Assembly (NCBI GenBank): GCA_964480775.1
Contig: CAYZRF010000005.1
Coordinates: 56,593-88,592, forward strand
Source of the DNA: an uncultured Nitrososphaerota archaeon
GTDB taxonomy: Archaea > Korarchaeota > Korarchaeia > Korarchaeales > Korarchaeaceae
Direction: 5' to 3'
DNA length: 32,000 bases
Shown: in pieces, positions 1 through 8,690 of the stretch
Layout: every line of letters starts with the position of its first letter
Numbering within the stretch: position 1 is the stretch's first letter
The notes under the pieces: generated by a model
What the model saw: only the letters and a program-made list of their open reading frames with translations
Told to the model about the DNA's origin: nothing
The model's database searches: none
Translations under genes and position numbers: made by a program

Positions 1-8
1 AGATTAAT

Positions 9-719
9 ATGACTGGTTTCTGGGAGAGGTTAAAGGTCTCAATCGAGGCTAAATTAAACAAACTAATGGAGAGGTTTGAAGATCCCATAGAGCAACTAGA
101 TTACGCATATGGGAAAATGGTTCAACAATTGCATAACGTTAATATGGCGCTTGCAAGGGCTGTTACTGCCAGAAAGAGACTTGAGTTTGAGGTTGAAGAG
201 ATTGAGGAGAAAATAGCTAGACTGGATGAGAACGCCAAGAAAGCTATGAAAATGGGAAGAGAAGATCTAGCTAGGAAGGCTCTAGAGAGGAAACACATCC
301 TCTTACTTCAGAAGAGGAGACTTGAGGAAAAGATATCAGAAATGAAAGAGGAAGAGGAAGATCTAAAGAATGTGAGGGATGACCTTGAGAATAAGGTTGA
401 AATGTTTAGAACTAGAAAAGAGCAATTAAAGGCAGAATATGAGAGTGCAAAAGCACAAACAGAAGTTAAAGAGATGTTAACTGGTTTTGGAGATGAAGTC
501 GTAAATGTTGCAAGGATAGTGGATAGAGCGGATTCTAGGATCAGAGATCTTGAAGCAAGATCTGCAGCCATCGATGAACTAATAGCTGTTGGGGGTACAT
601 TGGACGTACTTGAACCTGAGGAGAGGGATGAGATAGAGAGAGAGCTGGAAAAAACCATGATTGAAAGTCAAGTAGAAGAAGAACTGAAGAAGTTAAAGGA
701 AGAAACCTCAGGGGGCTGA
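9..719 (+). CDS. pspA: PspA/IM30 (Vipp1) family membrane-stress protein, ESCRT-III superfamily
   Basis: 236-aa ORF with ATG at 9. The N-terminus MTGFWERLK...RFEDPIEQLDYAYGKM matches the conserved PspA/IM30 N-terminal helix. The rest is an E/K/R-rich heptad-like coiled coil. The antisense ORF 308-658 is a low-complexity mirror image. Confidence 0.8.
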   Translation: MTGFWERLKVSIEAKLNKLMERFEDPIEQLDYAYGKMVQQLHNVNMALARAVTARKRLEFEVEEIEEKIARLDENAKKAMKMGREDLARKALERKHILLLQKRRLEEKISEMKEEEEDLKNVRDDLENKVEMFRTRKEQLKAEYESAKAQTEVKEMLTGFGDEVVNVARIVDRADSRIRDLEARSAAIDELIAVGGTLDVLEPEERDEIERELEKTMIESQVEEELKKLKEETSGG

Positions 720-726
720 ATAGAAT

Positions 727-1119
727 TTGCCCCGCCTCTCTATTTTTCCCGTAATAGCTTTTGTAGCTGGAGGACTACTGGTTTTTTTAGGCTTAATGTT
801 CTTAATAGCTGCAAGCTATGCCCCAACACGCATATTTCCTGGGATAATCCTGATGGGGATGGGTGCTCTAGCTATCTATGTAGGGACTTCTGGAAAGAGG
901 AAAGAAATGAGAATAGAGGAGATCCAAGATGATATAATAAGACTGGCTAGGAAAAGGGGGGGGAAGCTTACACTCGCAGAGGTAGTCTCCGATTTGGGAT
1001 TGCCAGTTGATTTGGCTAGAAAAGCTCTTTTATCGTTAGAAAAGAGAGGTATAGCTTATCTAGACTTTGAGAAGATAGAAGACGAGGGCGTAGAGGTGTA
1101 CAAATTTCCAGGAGTGTGA
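727..1119 (+). CDS. Small membrane protein with two N-terminal TM helices and a C-terminal winged-helix-like domain; candidate PspA partner
   Basis: 130-aa ORF with a TTG start 8 nt after the pspA stop and a GGGGG Shine-Dalgarno-like run about 12 nt upstream. Two hydrophobic stretches are present (IFPVIAFVAGGLLVFLGLMFLIAA and IFPGIILMGMGALAIYVG). The C-terminal part (IIRLARKRGGKLTLAEVVSDLGLPVDLARKALLSLEKRGIAYL) reads like a wHTH. Confidence 0.65.
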   Translation: MPRLSIFPVIAFVAGGLLVFLGLMFLIAASYAPTRIFPGIILMGMGALAIYVGTSGKRKEMRIEEIQDDIIRLARKRGGKLTLAEVVSDLGLPVDLARKALLSLEKRGIAYLDFEKIEDEGVEVYKFPGV

Positions 1120-1273
1120 AAGAACGTAAGTTCTTGTCTAAGCAACTTTCGATCTAAAAATATAAGTGAACTTTTTATATCTCTCCGCTTCATGATTTTC
1201 TGATTCGTTGGGAGGATGACTAAAGGAAACGAAAATCGTTTTCTCCTGACGTTAACGGGAGGATTTGTTAGAT

Positions 1274-2545
1274 ATGAGTTCGCTAAAAGTGAAACCACTT
1301 GGTGCTATTGGAGAAGTTGGAAGAAGCGCCATTCTCCTAGAAACCAAGGGTAAAAGAATATTACTTGACTATGGAATAAAGCTAAGGCCGAAACAGAGCC
1401 CGCTTTTCCCTCCAGAAGTCGATAATGTAGATGCTGTGCTGTTAACACATGCACATTTGGATCATTCAGGAGCACTGCCCCTGCTTTTTAGGGGCAAGAA
1501 TTCACCTAAAATCTATGGTCTTGACATAACCAGGGACTTTGTAGAACTTCTGCTCTATGATTCCATAAAGGTAGCAAAGAAGAGAGGATATACGATAGAT
1601 TATGGTCCTCAAGAAATTAAAAAGCTAATGAGGAACTATAGACCAATAGAATATGGAGTTCCTTTCAAGATAGGATCTGTCGAGGTTATACCATTTGATT
1701 CTGGACATATCCCTGGTAGTGCCATGTTTTATGTTAGAACAAATGGGACATCTCTCCTATATACGGGGGACTTCAAGCTTAGAAATACCAGGCTCTCTCG
1801 TGGAGCTGAAAGAGAGTTACCAGAGGTAGACCTGTTGATCACGGAGTGTACTTATTCTCAAAGGGAACATCCAAGTAGAAAAGGACAGGAGAAACTCCTA
1901 AGGGAGGTAGTTAGAGATACTATCAATAGGGGGGGCCTAGCAATAATCGCTGGCTTTGCTATAGCAAGACTTAACGAGATTGCAATGATCTTGTCATCTA
2001 GTGGGATAAAAAACCTATTCCTTGATGGTATGGCGCGAACTGGAACGGAAATTCTGCTTTCATATCCCCATAGACTTAGAGATGATAAAGAGTTTGAGTA
2101 CTCTTTGAGAAACCTTAGAATGGTCGGAAACTGGAAATTTAGAGAAAACATCACTAGAAGACCGTCAATTGTTCTAACAACGTCTGGAATGCTTGAAGGT
2201 GGGCCCGTTTACTTTTATCTCGATAGGAGAAGGGAAGACCCTGTGAGTTCGTTAACCCTCACAGGATATCAGATTGAAGGAACGGAAGGCAGAAGATTAT
2301 TGCAAGAAGGCGAGATATACATAGATGGAGAAAGAAGAACAATAGAGATGAGAGTAAATCAACTTGACTTCTCCTCACACGTAGGTAGATCTGGTCTATT
2401 CGAATTTGTAAGGACTGTGGATCCAAAACAGGTACTTCCAATTCATGGAGAAGAAACTGAGAAGTTTGGAGAAGAAGTTCAAGAAATAGTGGGTGTAAGC
2501 GTTATATCTCCTTCGCTCGAGGAGGAGATAACAGTCTCAGGGTAA
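1274..2545 (+). CDS. beta-CASP metallo-beta-lactamase family ribonuclease (aCPSF2 / aRNase J-like, no KH domains)
   Basis: MBL motif THAHLDHSG and DSGHIPGS are present, plus beta-CASP motifs A (ITECTY), B (DFSSHVGRS) and C (PIHGE). I prefer the ATG at 1274, which has GGGAGGA about 10 nt upstream. The ORF track starts at TTG 1265. Confidence 0.8.
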   Translation: MSSLKVKPLGAIGEVGRSAILLETKGKRILLDYGIKLRPKQSPLFPPEVDNVDAVLLTHAHLDHSGALPLLFRGKNSPKIYGLDITRDFVELLLYDSIKVAKKRGYTIDYGPQEIKKLMRNYRPIEYGVPFKIGSVEVIPFDSGHIPGSAMFYVRTNGTSLLYTGDFKLRNTRLSRGAERELPEVDLLITECTYSQREHPSRKGQEKLLREVVRDTINRGGLAIIAGFAIARLNEIAMILSSSGIKNLFLDGMARTGTEILLSYPHRLRDDKEFEYSLRNLRMVGNWKFRENITRRPSIVLTTSGMLEGGPVYFYLDRRREDPVSSLTLTGYQIEGTEGRRLLQEGEIYIDGERRTIEMRVNQLDFSSHVGRSGLFEFVRTVDPKQVLPIHGEETEKFGEEVQEIVGVSVISPSLEEEITVSG

Positions 2546-3640
2546 TTAAGATTTGTTTTTCACAATAGGACGCCTAGAGATCTCAAAGGGAGCATCCAAA
2601 GGAGCCATCTCAATTATCTCACCCTCTAACTCCTTTGACAGTAGTAGAGATTTGTTTTCAAAAACAATGTAGGGCGGAACTAAGAGCTCTTTACCTCTTA
2701 ATTCAAAAGAATACAAGCCCATTTTCTCTAAGAAGCTTTTGAATTCTAGTAATTTGCTGAGGTTCCCTCGTATCACACCGAACATTATAGTGCCTTGGTC
2801 AGTTATGCGTTGATAGGGCTTTGCAACGTTTTTAGCCCTTCTTCTCCATCTATTAAGAACCTGTACTTCTTTTACCTCCGCAGAGCAGAAATAACCAAGA
2901 AGCCCAGTCTCCCTTTCTATATAATCTAAAACCCTCTTTGCAGTTTCTTTGCTTCCAGAAACAGCGACTCCGCTATTAATTCTAACACCATAGCCCCGAG
3001 ATAAAAGAATGGTTCTATTTCCCTCGCTAAATTCCAATTCATTGATATTTAAGAAATGAGCCCCAATAGAATCAAGGAACTTCGTAAGCTTCATTAATCT
3101 CTTTTCGTACACTCTTTCTGGTATCGATGGCATCTCAGCTCCAACCCTAAAGTTGAAGTTTAGAGCATGTCTAATTTTTTCCCAGTCCTTCCTTTGCCAA
3201 GTATGAAATCTAATCTCATTTAAACCAGCAGATTCTAATTTCCCCAAACTTTTAGGGTTAATACCCGCTGAATTTGTGTAAAGGTGCACATCGAATTTCT
3301 TCCCGAAGTTTTCTTTCAAAACCCGTATGTACCTACAAACCCTGTCTATAACTAAACTTGGTTCTCCCCCAGTTATTCCGGCTCCTTCGGCATCTATGAG
3401 CCTTGCTTCTCTTAGAAAATCTGATTCATCATGAACTCTTATCTCATCTGCAAAAACCCAGTCCTTTCCTCTTCTCTCAGAGGAAATCGTGCAATAAAAA
3501 CAGGTCGAATACCGCGGGCATAGTCCTGTGGCAAATAAGACGAGTTTACCCCCTCTCCAACAAATTTCGCAGGAGGGGCTTTTACCTCTTACCATTAATG
3601 AACCATAAGGGAGTTCAATCATCAGTTTATTTTCCTCCAA
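2546..3640 (-). CDS. Radical SAM protein (COG2108-like, related to pyruvate formate-lyase activating enzymes) with an unusual CX5CX2C cluster motif
   Basis: 364-aa ORF. The cluster motif is GLCPRYSTCFYC (C-5-C-2-C), preceded by SCEICW. A GGEPS SAM-binding-like motif is present (ITGGEPSLV). The start codon directly abuts the stop of the upstream TusA-like gene. Confidence 0.7.
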   Translation of the reverse strand: MEENKLMIELPYGSLMVRGKSPSCEICWRGGKLVLFATGLCPRYSTCFYCTISSERRGKDWVFADEIRVHDESDFLREARLIDAEGAGITGGEPSLVIDRVCRYIRVLKENFGKKFDVHLYTNSAGINPKSLGKLESAGLNEIRFHTWQRKDWEKIRHALNFNFRVGAEMPSIPERVYEKRLMKLTKFLDSIGAHFLNINELEFSEGNRTILLSRGYGVRINSGVAVSGSKETAKRVLDYIERETGLLGYFCSAEVKEVQVLNRWRRRAKNVAKPYQRITDQGTIMFGVIRGNLSKLLEFKSFLEKMGLYSFELRGKELLVPPYIVFENKSLLLSKELEGEIIEMAPLDAPFEISRRPIVKNKS

Positions 3641-3880
3641 TTACAGCCTTTTAACGCGAAGAATCCAATAATTATCTTTTCTGTCCGAGGTTACAGACGC
3701 CCAGCTTACTCTCTCACCCCATTCCCTTGCCTGTTCAACCGTCTCCCTATCATCAGTTAAAACCAGAAGAAATTCCTTTGATTTCAAGGATTTTGCTACC
3801 TTAGCTAGAGTAATTATTGTGCCTGGAAAGCTCTTGCCCCTTAAGTCTATCTTTTTAACAAAGCTTTTCTTTCCGTTCAC
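3641..3880 (-). CDS. TusA/SirA-fold small protein lacking the conserved persulfide-carrying cysteine
   Basis: 79 aa. IDLRGKSFPGTIITLAKVAKSLKSKEFLLVLTDD aligns position for position with the TusA LDxxGLxCPxPxxxxxxxL...LxxxxDD motif, but Cys is replaced by Phe. It overlaps the rimI-like stop by 4 nt and abuts the radical SAM start. Confidence 0.65.
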   Translation of the reverse strand: MNGKKSFVKKIDLRGKSFPGTIITLAKVAKSLKSKEFLLVLTDDRETVEQAREWGERVSWASVTSDRKDNYWILRVKRL

Positions 3881-4407
3881 TTGCTCTTCACCCTATACCC
3901 CAATACAGCACTGATAAGCCGTTCGTCTGCTCTTTCAGAAACTGGTTTTACCATAAGATAGCCGTCCTCACCATCGCTGTAATACTTAGGCATGATGCCC
4001 AAAACCCTATAATCTAGCTTTTTGTATAGGGAAATGGCTGGTTCATTTGAAATCCTAACTTCTAGATAAACTAGATCTACGCCATAGGTATTAACTAATC
4101 CCGCTTCAGCGCCTTTCATGAGAGCTGTTGCTATCCCCTGCCTTCTGTGCTTCTTCTCTACAGCTATAGAGAGGACATGCCCGAGCTTGATAGGACTAAA
4201 TCTATAGTACTTCTCCTCAACCCTACACATAACATAGCCCACTATTTTGCCTTCAGATTCGGCCACAAGAAAAGCCTCTGGCCAATGTGTGTAGTTTTCC
4301 AAGAAGAAAAACGAAGGGTAGTTCTCAGGAAGAAAGACCCAGTTAAGCTTAACAACGTTGTCTAGATCTTTAGGATTGAACCTTCTAATGATGTACTGTT
4401 TCTGCAT
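3877..4407 (-). CDS. rimI: GNAT N-acetyltransferase, RimI / archaeal Nat-like
   Basis: GNAT acetyl-CoA motif HRRQGIATALM is present with the typical RimI layout (IIRRFNPKDLDNV...GYVM...VLSIAV). I prefer the ATG at 4407, preceded by a GGTGGGG SD. The ORF-track extension to 4542 would overlap the divergent gene. Confidence 0.75.
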   Translation of the reverse strand: MQKQYIIRRFNPKDLDNVVKLNWVFLPENYPSFFFLENYTHWPEAFLVAESEGKIVGYVMCRVEEKYYRFSPIKLGHVLSIAVEKKHRRQGIATALMKGAEAGLVNTYGVDLVYLEVRISNEPAISLYKKLDYRVLGIMPKYYSDGEDGYLMVKPVSERADERLISAVLGYRVKSK

Positions 4408-4488
4408 CGCCCCACCTCGATCAGAAAACCTTACATCAAACAAAGTTTTAAACGCCACCCAAACGATCACAACGGGGTAAAACGAAAA

Positions 4489-5622
4489 GTGTTTCCGACA
4501 CCCTATAGCTTCATCATAGATGTTGTAAGCAGAAACTTTCATGTGGTTGACGTTACTGAAACGCCAACTGGGCTTGAGATGCTGGTAGATAAAGTAGATC
4601 CAGATAAGTCAAGAGAGCGCTTTAGAGCAGTAGCTGAGGAACTCATTCCTCATGGGTTAATGCCTAAACTCCTCCCAGGAGAGCCTTACCTTCGGCTTAT
4701 AGTGTTTCCCGCCAAAATTCCATCTAAAAGATCAAAAACAATTTATCTTGTTATGTTGCTGGCTACCATCTGCACCGTCACTTTCTCTGGCTATCTTTAT
4801 AGTAAAACAGCAGTAGAGCTGTTGAATAAAGTTGGCATAACTCCTAGCATAAATATCATATACAGTGCTCTTATGTTCACAATTTCAGTTTTTTTCACAC
4901 TTGGGACACATGAGTTCGGTCACATGGTAGCCACTAGGTTGAGAGGTGGTGATTGGGACCCGCCACTGTTTATTCCAGGGGGACCACCTCTTGGTACTTT
5001 CGGAGCTATAATCTTTGGTCGTAGGATTCCATTAAACAGAGATGAACTTTTCGACATGGGATTATCAGGTCCTCTAACTGGCCTTATAGCATCAATCCCA
5101 GTTTGTTATTTTGGTCTTAAATCATCCATACCTCTTGATCCGTCTCTGATAAGTGCCTTAGAAAAAGAAGGAGCTAGTCCTTTGTGGTGGGAACAACCCA
5201 TCTTTTCTTATATGTTCAAGTTAGCTAAAGTGTCCTCACCCATTTATTTAAGCCCTGTTGCACTTGCAGGCTGGGTTATTCTTACAATAACATTCCTAAA
5301 TCTTATGCCAATCTCTCAACTCGATGGAGGGCATGTATGCTATGCCTTCTTTCCCGATGAAAAGAAAAGACAGCTAATAGCGTTTGCACTAATATCCCTC
5401 TCTTTCATCTCATATGCTACTCCTTTCAAATTCCTCCATCCTCAAATGGCTCTAATGCTACTAATCTTTACTTTATTCGTTAAACACCCACCACCCTTAG
5501 ATGAATATAGTTCTCTTTCAAGAAAGAGGGCTTATCTAGGGGCAGCCATCTACTTCCTTGCCTTAATTGTTACTTTTCCCGTAACACCCGAACTTCTCAG
5601 TCTCCTCAGACGGCTTGTCTAA
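4489..5622 (+). CDS. Peptidase M50 site-2 protease family membrane metalloprotease
   Basis: HEFGHMVA (HExxH) lies in a TM segment, and LNLMPISQLDGGHV matches the NxxPxxxLDG motif. There are multiple hydrophobic helices. The start is uncertain: GTG at 4489 or GTG at 4543. Confidence 0.8.
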   Translation: MFPTPYSFIIDVVSRNFHVVDVTETPTGLEMLVDKVDPDKSRERFRAVAEELIPHGLMPKLLPGEPYLRLIVFPAKIPSKRSKTIYLVMLLATICTVTFSGYLYSKTAVELLNKVGITPSINIIYSALMFTISVFFTLGTHEFGHMVATRLRGGDWDPPLFIPGGPPLGTFGAIIFGRRIPLNRDELFDMGLSGPLTGLIASIPVCYFGLKSSIPLDPSLISALEKEGASPLWWEQPIFSYMFKLAKVSSPIYLSPVALAGWVILTITFLNLMPISQLDGGHVCYAFFPDEKKRQLIAFALISLSFISYATPFKFLHPQMALMLLIFTLFVKHPPPLDEYSSLSRKRAYLGAAIYFLALIVTFPVTPELLSLLRRLV

Positions 5623-5674
5623 ACTCAAAACTTTTATCTGACTTTTGAAGGAGATCTTGTAAAGAGGGTCGCAA

Positions 5675-5923
5675 ATGAGCACTAGGGAAAAAGGCGAGGA
5701 AAAAACTGTTGGAATGCTTTGGCCATCAAATTCTCTACTAAAAACGATTGAGAAAGAAATTATCAACAGCCCCATCGTAACACCGCAGTCTCTTGCGATT
5801 AAGTATGGGATAAGGGTTAGTACAGCAAAAAAGTTACTCAGGGAATATCATAAGAAAGGATTAGTGGTATACATCAACGGCAACTCAAAACTCAGAATTT
5901 ATAGAGGAGTTAAGGCAAAATAA
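5675..5923 (+). CDS. rps25e: 30S ribosomal protein S25e
   Basis: 82 aa. IEKEIINSPIVTPQSLAIKYGIRVSTAKKLLREYHKKGLVVYINGNSKLRIY has the same pattern as crenarchaeal S25e (..ITPYxLAxKxGIxxSxARKxLKELxxxxxV..xxxxRLxIY). Confidence 0.75.
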   Translation: MSTREKGEEKTVGMLWPSNSLLKTIEKEIINSPIVTPQSLAIKYGIRVSTAKKLLREYHKKGLVVYINGNSKLRIYRGVKAK

Positions 5924-5956
5924 ACAAGGTTCTTCTTCACAGGGAAGTGAGAAATC

Positions 5957-6325
5957 TTGCTTGAAGGTGTTGGAGAATACACATTAGAAATGAGAACCAA
6001 GGCTGGGGTTGTTAAAATGGTTCTGACAAGGCATTTGTCACCTATTACAGTTGAGAGGCTTTACAAAAGCGTTCCGCTTACTGGTTTAACGATAAAAACA
6101 AATGATCTCCTTTACATAAGCGTAGACCTTGAAGGAAGACTTGAAAGACCATTAAAAAACCTGAAAAAGGGACAAATTGTTTTTTCACCAGCAAACAAAT
6201 CCCTTATTGTAGCATTAACCGATCTAAAAGTAGACTTTCCAGTAACTCCTCTAGGGGAGGTTACTCAGGGAATAGAGATCTTAAGTTCCATAGGAACAGG
6301 TGAGAAGGTGGTTTTGACAAGCTAA
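5957..6325 (+). CDS. Cyclophilin-like fold protein (TM1367 / PF04126-like), function unknown
   Basis: 122 aa. KKGQIVFSPANKSLIVAL and PLGEVTQGIEILSSIGTGEKVVL parallel the TM1367 pattern (GDVGYWPPGKALCLFFG ... VIGKIVEGLEDLKKIKDGEVV). The start is TTG 5957 or ATG 5990. Confidence 0.5.
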   Translation: MLEGVGEYTLEMRTKAGVVKMVLTRHLSPITVERLYKSVPLTGLTIKTNDLLYISVDLEGRLERPLKNLKKGQIVFSPANKSLIVALTDLKVDFPVTPLGEVTQGIEILSSIGTGEKVVLTS

Positions 6326-7305
6326 CCCTTGAAGTGCTCCCAACCTCCTTCTTGCAATGTGATCTTTCTTGAATCTTGCTCAACAACTATATCACTGCCA
6401 GGAATTACTCTTCCAATGGGAATGGCTATAAGACCCCTAGAAGAAAGTAAAACCCTCACCTTTTCCCAGCTCGAAGGAGGAACCGTGAAAACAAGATGAT
6501 ATTCCTCACCACCATAAAAAACAACTTGTATTAGATCAAAACCCTTGCTTGAAACAAATTTAATCAATTCGTCCTCCGCTGGAAGTCTTTTTATGAGAAA
6601 ACCAACTTGGCTGGTCGTAGATAAATGTTTCAGGGAGACATAAAGGCCATCGCTGCTATCAATGGCTGATGTGACCACTCCTGATTCCGATAAAATTAAT
6701 CCTTCTTTTAACGGAGCTTTTGGCATAAAAACAGCTTCTAAAGACTTCTTCATTATTTCATCAGGAAGTTCTAGGCCATCCAGCAAGGCCATGTAAGCTA
6801 AAGTGTTCCAGCCAAAAAACCCAGTTACAGCAACAAAATCTCCCTCTTTGGCTCCATCTCGTGAAATAAGCTTTCCCTTAACCTTACCAAAGGCTGATAT
6901 TGATATAAAGACCTCGTTGGCTTCGCCTAAGTCTCCTCCGAGCAAATAAGAATCATATTCCGCAGCACCTTGATCTAAACCCCTGAATACCTCCTTAAAG
7001 CAACTCAAATCAAAATTAGATGGTAGAGCGACGGATGCTAAAAATCCCTCAGGTTTTGCCCCCTTGGCTGCGAGATCCGACACATTAGCAACTATACTTT
7101 TCCTAGCAAGTTGCCAGTACGTCATTCCAGGTAATTTATCGGTTGACTCCGCTACGAAGTCAGTGTTAAAAACGTATGTACCTTGCTCTAGATTCAAAGC
7201 ATCAGCATCATCAAGCCCTATCTTAAGGAGGGACTTAGGATTTTTTCTGATAAGCTCCATTACAAGTTCTATGAGCTTTTTTTCACCAAGTTCAGAAACC
7301 CTCAT
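6322..7305 (-). CDS. thiL: Thiamine-monophosphate kinase (AIR synthase-related family)
   Basis: 327 aa. The N-terminus LGEKKLIELV...GLDDADAL is followed by ...DLAAKGAKP... and ...GGDL..., typical of ThiL/PurM-like enzymes. Its stop codon overlaps the convergent upstream gene by 4 nt. Confidence 0.75.
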   Translation of the reverse strand: MRVSELGEKKLIELVMELIRKNPKSLLKIGLDDADALNLEQGTYVFNTDFVAESTDKLPGMTYWQLARKSIVANVSDLAAKGAKPEGFLASVALPSNFDLSCFKEVFRGLDQGAAEYDSYLLGGDLGEANEVFISISAFGKVKGKLISRDGAKEGDFVAVTGFFGWNTLAYMALLDGLELPDEIMKKSLEAVFMPKAPLKEGLILSESGVVTSAIDSSDGLYVSLKHLSTTSQVGFLIKRLPAEDELIKFVSSKGFDLIQVVFYGGEEYHLVFTVPPSSWEKVRVLLSSRGLIAIPIGRVIPGSDIVVEQDSRKITLQEGGWEHFKG

Positions 7306-7366
7306 CTTCCAAAACTTTGAGGCGCAATGTTAAAGATTTATCCCGTCCAGTCAAGAACGATGCTTA

Positions 7367-8689
7367 ATGACTAGAAAAGTTGTTATAATGGGTGCAGCTG
7401 GAAGAGATTTTCATAATTTCAACGTTTTCTTTAGAAATAATCCAAATTATCAAGTCGTTGCCTTCACAGCAGCTCAATTACCAGGAATTGCTGGCAGAAT
7501 ATATCCACCAGAACTTGCAGGACCTAGATATCCGAATGGGATACCAATAATTCCAGAAGAAGAACTACCAAATTTGATTGAGGAAAAAGAAGTGGATTTA
7601 GTTGTATTTTCATACAGCGATATCTCGTTTAACTATGTCATGGAAAGGGCTTCGATAGCTCAGTCTTCTGGAGCAGATTTCATGCTCTTGGGACCTAAAA
7701 GCACAATGCTTAATTCAGAAAAGCCAGTGATAGCTGTAACTGCTGCAAGGACGGGTTCAGGTAAAAGCCAAACTAGCAGAAAAGTTGCAAAAATACTAAG
7801 AGAGAAAGGGCTCAAAGTTGCAGTAATAAGACACCCAATGCCCTATGGAGACCTTAGAAAGCAAGAAGTACAGAGATTTGAAACGTTAGAGGACTTAGAT
7901 AAGCATGAGTGCACCATAGAGGAAAGAGAGGATTACGAGCCCCATCTAAAAATGGGGAACATCGTATATGCTGGAGTAGATTACGAAAAGATATTAAGGA
8001 TGGCAGAGAAAGAGGCAGACATAATTCTTTGGGATGGAGGGAACAACGACTTTCCATTTTATAAACCCGATCTCATGATAACCGTAGTTGACCCGCTAAG
8101 AGCAGGCCATGAGCTAACTTATTGGCCAGGAAGCGTAAACATAAGGATGGCCGACGTTATAATTATCAACAAAGTGGACAGCGCTTCCAGAAATCAGATC
8201 GAAGAAGTAAGACAGAACGTGGTCTCAGTTAACAAAAAAGCGTTGGTTATCGAGGCGGCCTCGCCCCTAATTGTTGACAACCCAGATCTAATAAGAGGAA
8301 GAAAGGTTATAGTTCTCGAGGATGGTCCTACAATTACCCACGGTGAGATGCCTACTGGCGTCGGATACATCGCTGCAAGAAAATTCGGAGCCTCTGAGAT
8401 AGTAGATCCTAGACCTTGGCTAAAAGGATCCTTAAAGGTAACTTACGAGAAATACAAGCACATAGGTCCAGTTCTTGCTGCCGTAGGGTATGGAAAAGCT
8501 CAAATGAAAGAACTCGAAGACGTGCTGAACTCGATACCAGCTGAAACTGTGATATTAGGAACGCCTACAGACTTGTCAAGGTATCTAAACTTGAATAAGC
8601 CCGTTGTACACGTCAGATATGAGTTGCAGGAAATAGGAAGCCCAAACCTGAACGAAATAATATCCGATTTCCTCGAAAAAAGGCGATAA
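7367..8689 (+). CDS. COG2403-type predicted GTPase (cyclic 2,3-diphosphoglycerate synthetase-like superfamily)
   Basis: 440 aa with P-loop AARTGSGKSQTS, Walker-B-like ILWDGGNND and G4 motif INKVD. A Rossmann-like N-terminus (VVIMGAAGRDFHNF) is present. The precise function cannot be determined from the sequence. Confidence 0.6.
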   Translation: MTRKVVIMGAAGRDFHNFNVFFRNNPNYQVVAFTAAQLPGIAGRIYPPELAGPRYPNGIPIIPEEELPNLIEEKEVDLVVFSYSDISFNYVMERASIAQSSGADFMLLGPKSTMLNSEKPVIAVTAARTGSGKSQTSRKVAKILREKGLKVAVIRHPMPYGDLRKQEVQRFETLEDLDKHECTIEEREDYEPHLKMGNIVYAGVDYEKILRMAEKEADIILWDGGNNDFPFYKPDLMITVVDPLRAGHELTYWPGSVNIRMADVIIINKVDSASRNQIEEVRQNVVSVNKKALVIEAASPLIVDNPDLIRGRKVIVLEDGPTITHGEMPTGVGYIAARKFGASEIVDPRPWLKGSLKVTYEKYKHIGPVLAAVGYGKAQMKELEDVLNSIPAETVILGTPTDLSRYLNLNKPVVHVRYELQEIGSPNLNEIISDFLEKRR

Positions 8690-8690
8690 A

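Noticed and set aside
308-658. 116-aa ORF antisense to pspA
   Set aside because: Its low-complexity S/L-rich translation is the mirror image of an E/K-rich coiled-coil gene. It has no start context and lies entirely inside a well-supported CDS.
1216-1353. 45-codon uORF overlapping the beta-CASP RNase start
   Set aside because: The SD-like GGGAGG is directly adjacent to the ATG with no spacing. The peptide (MTKGNENRFLLTLTGGFVRYEF...WCYWRSWKKRH) looks random, and it overlaps a strongly supported start region.
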